Positions 37,463-45,403 of a stretch of DNA of 60,958 bases are shown in pieces; the stretch's first letter is position 1, and every line of letters starts with the position of its first letter. The translations under genes and the position numbers were made by a program. The DNA is from an uncultured virus (IMG/VR IMGVR_UViG_3300020442_002637). Taxonomy: Duplodnaviria; Heunggongvirae; Uroviricota; Caudoviricetes. The stretch is from the IMG/VR virus record IMGVR_UViG_3300020442_002637; one strand, 5' to 3'. Under the pieces are notes generated by a model that worked only from the letters and a program-made list of their open reading frames with translations, searched no databases and was not told the origin of the DNA.

Positions 37463-37960
37463 TTAGTCAAACCTTTTCAGTTCTCGATAAAGTTTTTCTT
37501 TTACAGATTCGTCTTTTTTATCTTGGCCTTTTAACATCTTGTTCATTGCAACAAGACTTGCTCTTAGTTGGGGGGTGGTTAAAATTTTAACAATTAAATC
37601 TACATATGGGCCTAATGCTTCTCTTTCATTAGGTGTAAGCACTTCTCCAGCTACAGTTTTTTGCATGCCTCTAGCTATAAGCATATTAGGATCATCACCT
37701 TCTATATCTTTATTAATACTTGCTATAGCCGCCGCTAATTTACCAGAACTTTTAGGTTTATCTTTCTCTTGTACAGGAGTGTCATTATTTTCTGTGCTGT
37801 CGCCAACTAATTTTCCTTTTAACGGATGAGGTTGTTCACCGTTTTTACTTGGGCTACTGGTTTTAGGCATAGGATCTTTGCCTTTTGCTTGTCCGGCAGA
37901 CCCAGTTTTATACTGTTCCGAAACACCAGCTAAAGTTCTAAGTTCATCAAATATGCTCAT
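37463..37960 (-). CDS. Probable internal head/virion protein
   Basis: ELRTLAGVSE N-terminus, HPLKGKLVG. Confidence 0.55.
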   Translation of the reverse strand: MSIFDELRTLAGVSEQYKTGSAGQAKGKDPMPKTSSPSKNGEQPHPLKGKLVGDSTENNDTPVQEKDKPKSSGKLAAAIASINKDIEGDDPNMLIARGMQKTVAGEVLTPNEREALGPYVDLIVKILTTPQLRASLVAMNKMLKGQDKKDESVKEKLYRELKRFD

Positions 37961-38163
37961 TAGAATTTTGCTCCATATGCTTTACCATCTGGATCTTCAT
38001 TTTGGAAAATAGCTAAAAATTCCTTATGCCTTTTGTGCATAGCGGCCGCATCAGGATTTTTTAGATAAATCTTTTTCCATCCTTTATATATTGGATCATT
38101 AGCAACGTTATCGTTCTTGAAAATCCAATCTATAATACCTTCGTTTATTTCTTTTATAAGCAT
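37960..38163 (-). CDS. Small probable internal virion protein
   Basis: MLIKEINE N-terminus; GATAAATA at 38168-38175. Confidence 0.55.
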   Translation of the reverse strand: MLIKEINEGIIDWIFKNDNVANDPIYKGWKKIYLKNPDAAAMHKRHKEFLAIFQNEDPDGKAYGAKF

Positions 38164-38175
38164 ATTGTATTTATC

Positions 38176-38283
38176 TTACGAACAGTGTTTGCATTTACAA
38201 CCGGTGCATACGTCATTTGCACATTCCATACACTCTTTATCACAATGACAATCGTGGCCACATTTTTCACATTTACAATCCAT
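38176..38283 (-). CDS. Unannotated 35-aa metallothionein-like protein
   Basis: MDCKCEKCGHDCHCDKECMECANDVCTGCKCKHCS (11 Cys, 3 His); RBS AAGGAG. Confidence 0.75.
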   Translation of the reverse strand: MDCKCEKCGHDCHCDKECMECANDVCTGCKCKHCS

Positions 38284-38294
38284 AAAATTACTCC

Positions 38295-38684
38295 TTATGT
38301 TTTGACGTTCTTTGCTTTTCCACTTCTATTTTTGTTTGGGTCTTTTCTGCGTTTTCGCCTTGCAGATTTTCCTCTTTCGGATTTACTCATTGAATATGCT
38401 TTTGAACTAGGTAAACACTTAGGTTTTCCTTCAGACTTGCTACCTCTAGCACATTGTCCTCTTACTTTGCCATCTGGACCAAAACGCACCCATTTGTCTT
38501 TAAACCATTTACGTAGATCTTCGTTAACTTCTTCCGAAAATACAAGATCACCACAGTTTACACAATAATCAACATGTTCTTTTTTAACACAATTAGGCAC
38601 ACGTTTTCCGAACATGGTTTTCATGCCCTTTTTTTCATAGCCTTTCCAGCAACGTGTTCCTTCTAATATTTCAATTATCTTCAT
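38295..38684 (-). CDS. Probable internal virion protein with basic Cys modules
   Basis: MKIIEILE; RCWKGY..KRVPNCVK; DLRKWF..KW...C.R...KPKCLP. Confidence 0.65.
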   Translation of the reverse strand: MKIIEILEGTRCWKGYEKKGMKTMFGKRVPNCVKKEHVDYCVNCGDLVFSEEVNEDLRKWFKDKWVRFGPDGKVRGQCARGSKSEGKPKCLPSSKAYSMSKSERGKSARRKRRKDPNKNRSGKAKNVKT

Positions 38685-38803
38685 TTGTCTTTAGCCTTCT
38701 GTTTTTCTTCCCACAGTGCTTTTTTCTTTTTGTATTCTTCTTCAGATAACTTGTGCCAACCTATACATTTACCTGTAGGACTTCTTCCACATCCGCAACT
38801 CAT
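38681..38803 (-). CDS. Unannotated 40-aa CDGSH-like Cys/His protein
   Basis: MSCGCGRSPTGKCIGWHKLSEEEY...; ATGA-coupled at both ends. Confidence 0.7.
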   Translation of the reverse strand: MSCGCGRSPTGKCIGWHKLSEEEYKKKKALWEEKQKAKDK

Positions 38804-38997
38804 TTTGATCTACCCGCTATTATGCTTTTTAAAATATTTGTTGTTGTATTGGTAAAAAATCTTGGTGCTATTCCATGTATTAACAACATTGGAATGCATA
38901 TTAGTAATAAGAAAGCAGTTTTGTATGAATGAAACATGTGTTGTAATCCTGTTTCATTTACTTGTTTTAGGTGAGCTCTACATGCATTACTGATCAT
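38800..38997 (-). CDS. Small protein (DUF6356-like)
   Basis: HLKQVNET..QHM...LLIHGI.P.FF..T. Confidence 0.55.
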   Translation of the reverse strand: MISNACRAHLKQVNETGLQHMFHSYKTAFLLLICIPMLLIHGIAPRFFTNTTTNILKSIIAGRSK

Positions 38998-39677
38998 TTA
39001 CTCTTGTTACCCCAGTTCTTTGCACCCTTTTTACGGCACTGAACTAGAGCACCAGAGGCATAGGCACTTGGCCATACTTTGTATCGTGCTTTGACCTTAT
39101 GATAACAAGCATCTTTCTTTTCTGCAAGTCTATCAAATTCGTCTTCTGTGATTTCTTTTCCTACTGACTCTTCAAGAGTTTGAAAAGATTCGTTTTTCTT
39201 TTTGCGTTTATCGTGTTTGTCTTTGATTTTGCCAATTTCTTCGTGATTGGCTCCTTTACCAGCGGCACTTTGAATTGCTTTCATGCCGTCTTTACCATAC
39301 TTTTTTACACCAGTATAGTATTGTAATCCGCTTTCTTTAGTTTCTTTATCTTCTACCTTTTTTTTTGACTCTTCTAGTTTTTTGTTTAAGGTATCTTTAT
39401 AAGGAGTGTTCTTGTTTTCCATTGGTTGATCTGCAAACTTTTGTTCGTAGTCCATGTTGTGAAACACACTACTCATGTAGTCTGCGGCTTTGGTAATTTT
39501 AGCTTGTACCCAACCTTCTAAGCCTTTTTCCTCTGAAACATTTTTTAACATTTCATGTAATTTTATTGAATATTTTGCTATTTTGTAAAGATCAGAACGA
39601 GCCATTTGAACTTCATGGTCAAGTTCAACTTTGTTAGCCATATCAGCTAGGCCTTCTTTAAAATGTTTTGCTCTCAT
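38994..39677 (-). CDS. Probable internal virion protein (modular)
   Basis: DHEVQMARSDL..LEGWVQAKITKA.DY; C-terminal KKDACYHKVK...WPSAYASGALVQCRK; CATAAATA upstream. Confidence 0.65.
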   Translation of the reverse strand: MRAKHFKEGLADMANKVELDHEVQMARSDLYKIAKYSIKLHEMLKNVSEEKGLEGWVQAKITKAADYMSSVFHNMDYEQKFADQPMENKNTPYKDTLNKKLEESKKKVEDKETKESGLQYYTGVKKYGKDGMKAIQSAAGKGANHEEIGKIKDKHDKRKKKNESFQTLEESVGKEITEDEFDRLAEKKDACYHKVKARYKVWPSAYASGALVQCRKKGAKNWGNKSK

Positions 39678-39698
39678 TATACACTCCTGTTAATGTAT

Positions 39699-40151
39699 TT
39701 ATGTCTTTTTATTGTTCTTTACTTTTTTTGATTTGGTATTGCCCATCCTTTTAAGTGTGCCAGGACCGCCATTAGCAAATCCATTCCCTGGAACAGTAGC
39801 TATAGCACCAGCACTTGTAGCACCTGCAGAAGCAGTTTCTCCTAAACCACCATTACGATTTTTGCCAAACTTTGCTCTTAATCTTGCGTTAGGTTTTGCG
39901 TTTTTCATTGTATTTGCTACTGCGTTCTTTGTATAATCAGGATCTATACCCGCGGCTTTGCTAAGTTTATCAGCATCTTTTTTTGTTTGAGCCATTGTAT
40001 CCATATAACCTTTATTAGCACCTACCATGACTTCAATCGGTCTTGGTGCTAACATACTTTTCATTTTTAGATGTTTTGCTTGTTTTGACAGTGCCGCATC
40101 TCTTTTAGTAACGGGTGTAGGTATATTTTCTACAATTTGATATATCTTCAT
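39699..40151 (-). CDS. Probable internal virion protein
   Basis: MKIYQIVE; ETASAGATSAGAIATV module. Confidence 0.6.
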   Translation of the reverse strand: MKIYQIVENIPTPVTKRDAALSKQAKHLKMKSMLAPRPIEVMVGANKGYMDTMAQTKKDADKLSKAAGIDPDYTKNAVANTMKNAKPNARLRAKFGKNRNGGLGETASAGATSAGAIATVPGNGFANGGPGTLKRMGNTKSKKVKNNKKT

Positions 40152-41881
40152 TATTTTCTCCCAGATTTCATATTTGCACACCAGTGATACATTTTTGCTT
40201 TTTCTCCTGAAGCATTCTTTGCTTTTTTACGTAGGCTAGTTACACTACCTTTGCAACTTGCGCCTGAACGTTTTACACGTCCTGGTCTGCTTTTACCTTT
40301 TTTCTTACCGTCAGCAAAGTTTTCTACTATGGTATTTATTGTCCAAGGTAAAACGGCAACCTCTGCTTCTTTTATGCCTAACATTAATAAAGCATCATAC
40401 CTATGATGCCCATTAATAATTTTGTTATTACAATCTACTACTATTGGGTTGTATTTTCCATTTGCTAGTCTTTTAACTTGTTTTTGTAAATTGTAATTTA
40501 TTCTTTCTTCTTGTACTGGTATTATATCTTTCACACTAATAACCTTTTTAGTATGTTTAATATTTGCAAGATTTTCATTTTTAATTTGCGGAAGTTGATC
40601 TCTCGTATAAGATTCTTTCTTTTGCTGGTTCATTGCTATAGCATACACAGCACCTTTGGGATCTATTCCTTTTTCTTTTGCCCATTTAGCTATAGATTTT
40701 TTAGCTTTAGGACTGTCTAACATTTTATCTGCTTTTTTGTGTGCTTTTTTAATATCTTTCTTACTCATATCCTCTGACATATGTTGTTTAATATTTTTAG
40801 CAGTTCTTTCAAATTTGTGATCTTTGTGTTTAAAGCCAACACCGCCAGCGGCTTCCCATTTCTGTATGTTTACACCATAATCGTCTATCAATATATTAGG
40901 TGTTCCGTCTTGTTGTTTTGCAAACTTTGCTTTATCAAATGTAATAATTACGTCTTGTGGTGGAAAGAAAGAAAGGTTTTTCTTGATCCATTCACGTTTG
41001 TGTGGTTCTGAGTTAGGATCGTCTGGTAATGGACTACTTAAAATTTTGTAATTACCTTTTACATCTTTAATTAAATTTAGAAGATTTTTTGCATTTGACG
41101 TCATAGGTAAGTTTAACCAAAAATCTTCTGTATCTCTTATTTTTTGTAATGCTGGACCGATGTCTTTAATTGTACGCCAATCTTTTCCTATAAGTTTTTT
41201 CCAGTCTCCGAAAAAGTCTGCTAATACACCATCCATATCAACGTATATTTCACTAGCACTTGCAATGTCATCTACAGTTGCTTCTGCTAAATTAGCAATT
41301 TCATCAGGTACATCAAAGATCCATGCTTTGCCTTGTCCAAGGTGTTTCATCATACCAGTAAGTCTAGTATTTCCACCTATCAATTCTAAGTGATCATCAC
41401 TGTATCTTGCTATAATAGGTAATTCAATATTGTTTGACGCTAAATCTTTTACAAATCTTTCTTGCTTGTCTTTTTCTAAATTTTTAAAAGAATCTCTATC
41501 TTTTTCTCCTGCTTCGGTATTATTAATTTTATTAGATAAAGCGTTGTCTATGTCTACTTTGTCGCCTTGTTTTGCTAAGTCTATCCAGGCATCTTTTCCT
41601 ATTTTTTTGAATTCGCTATAGCGTTGAGCTTCATTCCATTCTTGTTCAAAATTAGGATCTTTAAAGTCAATTTTTTGTATTGATTCTGCTAATCCTAAAT
41701 TGAAAAGAACGTTTGTGCTTTTACCTTTTACTTTTTTTGATAATGTAGGTGGGCGTCCATCTTTGTCTACTTTGAATCCCCATTTTCTTGCTTGTTTAGG
41801 AATTTCGTTTGTACCAACGTCAACTGTAGTGTTTACACCTTTAACAATTCTTCCATCTTCTGTAAGTTGACGTAGACGCAT
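40151..41881 (-). CDS. Modular protein: ParB/Srx-like domain, HAD 5'(3')-nucleotidase, second ParB-like domain, basic tail
   Basis: LPII..LIGGNTRL; YVDMDGVLADF..ILSSP..K.EW..ILIDDY; PIVVD..IINGHHRY. Confidence 0.75.
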   Translation of the reverse strand: MRLRQLTEDGRIVKGVNTTVDVGTNEIPKQARKWGFKVDKDGRPPTLSKKVKGKSTNVLFNLGLAESIQKIDFKDPNFEQEWNEAQRYSEFKKIGKDAWIDLAKQGDKVDIDNALSNKINNTEAGEKDRDSFKNLEKDKQERFVKDLASNNIELPIIARYSDDHLELIGGNTRLTGMMKHLGQGKAWIFDVPDEIANLAEATVDDIASASEIYVDMDGVLADFFGDWKKLIGKDWRTIKDIGPALQKIRDTEDFWLNLPMTSNAKNLLNLIKDVKGNYKILSSPLPDDPNSEPHKREWIKKNLSFFPPQDVIITFDKAKFAKQQDGTPNILIDDYGVNIQKWEAAGGVGFKHKDHKFERTAKNIKQHMSEDMSKKDIKKAHKKADKMLDSPKAKKSIAKWAKEKGIDPKGAVYAIAMNQQKKESYTRDQLPQIKNENLANIKHTKKVISVKDIIPVQEERINYNLQKQVKRLANGKYNPIVVDCNNKIINGHHRYDALLMLGIKEAEVAVLPWTINTIVENFADGKKKGKSRPGRVKRSGASCKGSVTSLRKKAKNASGEKAKMYHWCANMKSGRK

Positions 41882-41882
41882 A

Positions 41883-42098
41883 TCACTTTTTCCTGCCTCT
41901 AAACTGCACAGGTCCTGTCATATAGGGTTTTGAAAACCAAAGTTTGAACCAATCTCTATCTCCTGGTTTTAAACCTAGACGTCTTTCTTTTGCTTTTAAT
42001 TCAGTTGCAGTCTCGGAAGGGTTTTCATCAATTTTATATGGCGAATAACCTTGAAATTCATTTATACCTGCAAGGCGTTGTAATGTTGCAATATCCAT
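41883..42098 (-). CDS. Small probable virion protein
   Basis: LQRLAGINE; KPGD.DWFKLWFS.P. Confidence 0.6.
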   Translation of the reverse strand: MDIATLQRLAGINEFQGYSPYKIDENPSETATELKAKERRLGLKPGDRDWFKLWFSKPYMTGPVQFRGRKK

Positions 42099-43330
42099 TA
42101 ATTACCTCGCATCTGAAGTAACATTTGTATTCCATTATCAAATGGAATCGCTGGACCATTTGCAGGTGATTTAAAGGTTACGTTTGCACCAGCCTGTTTT
42201 GCTACTTTGGCAAAATTTGCTAAAATATTTTTATCTTTAGTTACTTGTGACCGCATTGCTTTTAGTTTTTTTGCTGTCACAGGATCTACATCTTTAGGGG
42301 ATTTAGCATGTATAGAAAGATTGTCACTCACAACATAGTCCATGCTTACACCATCAGGACCTACATTCACACCAGCACCGCCTGCTCTTACATCAACAGA
42401 CCCACTTTTAATTAGTTTTCCGGACATGTCGTATTTTGCATCTGTGCCTATGTTCACATCACCGTCACCCATGTCCACTTGTGTCTTATAGTTGACTGAT
42501 ATTTCTTTTTTAACAAGATCATGTACTTGTTGTAATCCAGCAATTTTAGGTGTAGTCCATTTTATTGCTTGGCCTTGTTTATTATATGTGAACGTACCTG
42601 CTCCACTAGAATGTGTTTTATTACCTTGTTTATCTGTACCAATGACTGTGCCGTTATCCTGTGTACCGTCTTGCATTCCTGTAATATCGGGCGGAGTTGG
42701 CATCTTAATTGGTTTGATTTGCTTGGGCATTGGTGGTTCGACTTTTTCAGAAATACTTTCAACTGAATCTACACCCATTATACCTTGCAGTTTCAAAAAC
42801 ATTTTTTCTGCTTGTGGCATAGCATTATTTGTAATACCTGCTTGAAAAGCTTCATAGTCGTTGTCTAACACTGTTTGACGTAATTTACTTGCACTCATAC
42901 CTGTTGCATCTTCAGCGTCAGGATCTCTTGTTAGTCTTACAAGATCAATAGTTTTAAAATTGTAATCATGTAGGTCTTTTTTCTGTCCGTTGTATGCTTG
43001 GATTACTTTTCCCATCTTAGGTTCACCTTCAAGGTAAATTAATTTAGTGTAACCCATTTTATGTAATCTGTCAGCGGCAATTAATGCACTTTTTGCCAAT
43101 CCAACTGCTATACCTTTAAAACTTATTTGTGCCCATTCAAGTTTTTCTTGTGCTGATAAAGGATCGGTAGGAAGTTTTGCAGGTCTGTCACTTAAAAATA
43201 AAAAAGCATCACCGGGTTGTTTTTTGATTTCCTCTACTAATAGTTCGTGCCCATTTGTGGCAGGATTTAGTCTACCAAAAGCAAATGCCGCAGTTTTATC
43301 AGTATCTTCAAAAAACTGTCTTAACCTCAT
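42098..43330 (-). CDS. Phage cytidylyltransferase-like (HUP) domain fused to an unknown C-terminal domain
   Basis: MRLRQFFE; FGRLNPATNGH, DPL..EK, RDPDA...GMSASKLR. Confidence 0.75.
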   Translation of the reverse strand: MRLRQFFEDTDKTAAFAFGRLNPATNGHELLVEEIKKQPGDAFLFLSDRPAKLPTDPLSAQEKLEWAQISFKGIAVGLAKSALIAADRLHKMGYTKLIYLEGEPKMGKVIQAYNGQKKDLHDYNFKTIDLVRLTRDPDAEDATGMSASKLRQTVLDNDYEAFQAGITNNAMPQAEKMFLKLQGIMGVDSVESISEKVEPPMPKQIKPIKMPTPPDITGMQDGTQDNGTVIGTDKQGNKTHSSGAGTFTYNKQGQAIKWTTPKIAGLQQVHDLVKKEISVNYKTQVDMGDGDVNIGTDAKYDMSGKLIKSGSVDVRAGGAGVNVGPDGVSMDYVVSDNLSIHAKSPKDVDPVTAKKLKAMRSQVTKDKNILANFAKVAKQAGANVTFKSPANGPAIPFDNGIQMLLQMRGN

Positions 43331-43671
43331 GCATAATCCCCTTGAGAGATCTGCTCCATTTCTTCATTATAAATTTTATCAAATAATGCTTTTCTGTGAT
43401 CATTTTTAAAAATATCATCTGGCATTCTAGCAATGTCATATTTTTTGCAGTAACTATTGATGCCTTTGTTAATCATTGGCATCATATATTCTTTAGGATC
43501 AAAATCTTTAGGACCCCGATGCATATCTGCAATCTTAGATATTGTTGGATAATATTCTTTACGATAAAATTCTTTATCGTTTTTCATATGCACATGAGCA
43601 TCATCAACTATATCGAACGGTAATTCTTCTTCTAATTTTTTTTCGGAAATAATTTCTTTTATTGCTACCAT
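43327..43671 (-). CDS. Conserved hypothetical (probable virion) protein
   Basis: MVAIKEIISE; FYRKEYYP. Confidence 0.6.
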   Translation of the reverse strand: MVAIKEIISEKKLEEELPFDIVDDAHVHMKNDKEFYRKEYYPTISKIADMHRGPKDFDPKEYMMPMINKGINSYCKKYDIARMPDDIFKNDHRKALFDKIYNEEMEQISQGDYA

Positions 43672-44282
43672 TTTCTACAACTCCAGTACCTTGCTTTTGT
43701 TCTTGGTCCTGGGTTGTCGCAGTTATGTCTAGCTCTAAAACTTCTGCGTCTCGCAGGATTGCTTTTTTTAATTTTCATATTAGGATCGCCGAAGTTTACT
43801 TTTTTAATATTTTTTGTTTTAGGATCTCTAACATATACTTTGAATTTTTTGACGTCTCCTCTCATTGGTTTACCCAATTTAACTTTACGTCCACGATATT
43901 CAGCTTCATCTAAAAGATTTTCTTCTCCATATGTTTCGCAAATATCATTACCACATCCACAATTTTCATCTTCGTTAAACCACATAACGCCATATTCTTC
44001 AAAAAAATCATCACCGTCATATGTTTCCTCTGTAAGATCTGTTTGTTCGTCTGTGCTTATTTCTATGTCAAAGTCATCAAAACCTTCAGCAAAAAGGTAT
44101 GCACTTAATCTGTCTGCATATTCATCTGATTCTTGATCATCTAATTGTCTTTCAAGCGGAATATGATACACAGTAGCACCTTGTTCTGTTTCATATTTTT
44201 CGTTGTTTGGAAAAATTGATTCATCTAAATTTTCAGCTAGTTCATCATTTTTTTCTAGTACAACTCTTACAAAATGTTCCAC
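43665..44282 (-). CDS. Probable virion protein: acidic N-terminus plus basic C-terminal module
   Basis: EAEYRGRKVKL.KP..KKFKVYV..VNFG..ARRRSFRARH.C...ARYWSC. Confidence 0.7.
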   Translation of the reverse strand: MEHFVRVVLEKNDELAENLDESIFPNNEKYETEQGATVYHIPLERQLDDQESDEYADRLSAYLFAEGFDDFDIEISTDEQTDLTEETYDGDDFFEEYGVMWFNEDENCGCGNDICETYGEENLLDEAEYRGRKVKLGKPMRGDVKKFKVYVRDPKTKNIKKVNFGDPNMKIKKSNPARRRSFRARHNCDNPGPRTKARYWSCRKW

Positions 44283-44292
44283 TGTTTCCTCC

Positions 44293-44688
44293 TTAGTGAT
44301 TTAATACTATACTATTTATTGTACCATCTGTCCAATCAGATACATATATTCTTATCCAAACAAAGTTACCAGTGAAGTTTTTAATGACAGAGCCATTACC
44401 GTTATCACTTCCTGTGCTATCGCCTAAATTAGAATGTTCTGTTGAGCCTAATGTAAACCAATCACTACTGGTTGGTTCGGTAGCTAATGTAGCTTGAACT
44501 ACAATTTTACCTAAAAATTCTGCTACATTATATTGGACACTATGTAAACCGTCTGATCTTCCATAGTATCCGTCACCTTTCAGCTTGTCAGATGTTCGTG
44601 TCTCAGTTGTACTGTCGCCAGGATGCGTCAGTTGCGTCTGGTTTGTTGAGTTTACTACAAAATTAAATGTTTCACTGTTTGCTGGCAT
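44293..44688 (-). CDS. Small beta-rich structural protein
   Basis: KGDGYY..SDGLH, QATL..P..DWF, NFTGNFVWIR; GATAAATA at 44694-44701. Confidence 0.6.
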   Translation of the reverse strand: MPANSETFNFVVNSTNQTQLTHPGDSTTETRTSDKLKGDGYYGRSDGLHSVQYNVAEFLGKIVVQATLATEPTSSDWFTLGSTEHSNLGDSTGSDNGNGSVIKNFTGNFVWIRIYVSDWTDGTINSIVLNH

Positions 44689-44692
44689 AATG

Positions 44693-45403
44693 TTATTTAT
44701 CTATATTTTGTTGTGTTACAAGTTTGTCAGTCCTTGTAATACAATTACCAGCCATTATATTAATCAACATAAGAATAGAATCGTCTTTCACATACATGTA
44801 TCTACCATGTACAAATCCAGAGTTTTTAATATGCTTCAAAGTATTTTTACTAATTTTTATTTTTGCTGTATTTCTTTCACACCAATCTGCTAGGTTACTA
44901 GGAATTTTTTTGTAACCAAATGTACACTTATATCCATAAGGAAAATCATTGTCTACAATTATAGTATTTTTATTTGATTGTAAAAAGTTTAGACTATTTG
45001 CACTAGGTTCATAGAATAATTCAACACTTTTTACTTTTTTTGTTATTTGTTTTAACCAAGATTTATCATTTGAATATATACACAAATTGTTCACTTGGCA
45101 TCTCAAGCTGTAGTCGTCATTGTAACTTGCAAAGAAATTATATAAAATTTTTGCATCTAAAAAATCTTTTGTATCTATGCTTTTCTGTTTTAAAGCTGAT
45201 TTAATCCAAAGAGGAAGTCCAGACTCATACTTGTTCTGTATGTCATCTAGAATAATCTTAGCCTGACGTAAATTTTTGTTTCTAAAGATACTTATTAAAG
45301 GATTATAACATGTTACACAATATAAGTATTGGTTATAGAACAGTTTCTTTGTTTGTAGTTTTTTCAATTTTTTCCTTTTTAAATTGAAGTTTGAGAGAGT
45401 CAT
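44693..45403 (-). CDS. Hypothetical protein (start uncertain)
   Basis: Long ORF downstream of clpA. Confidence 0.55.
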   Translation of the reverse strand: MTLSNFNLKRKKLKKLQTKKLFYNQYLYCVTCYNPLISIFRNKNLRQAKIILDDIQNKYESGLPLWIKSALKQKSIDTKDFLDAKILYNFFASYNDDYSLRCQVNNLCIYSNDKSWLKQITKKVKSVELFYEPSANSLNFLQSNKNTIIVDNDFPYGYKCTFGYKKIPSNLADWCERNTAKIKISKNTLKHIKNSGFVHGRYMYVKDDSILMLINIMAGNCITRTDKLVTQQNIDK

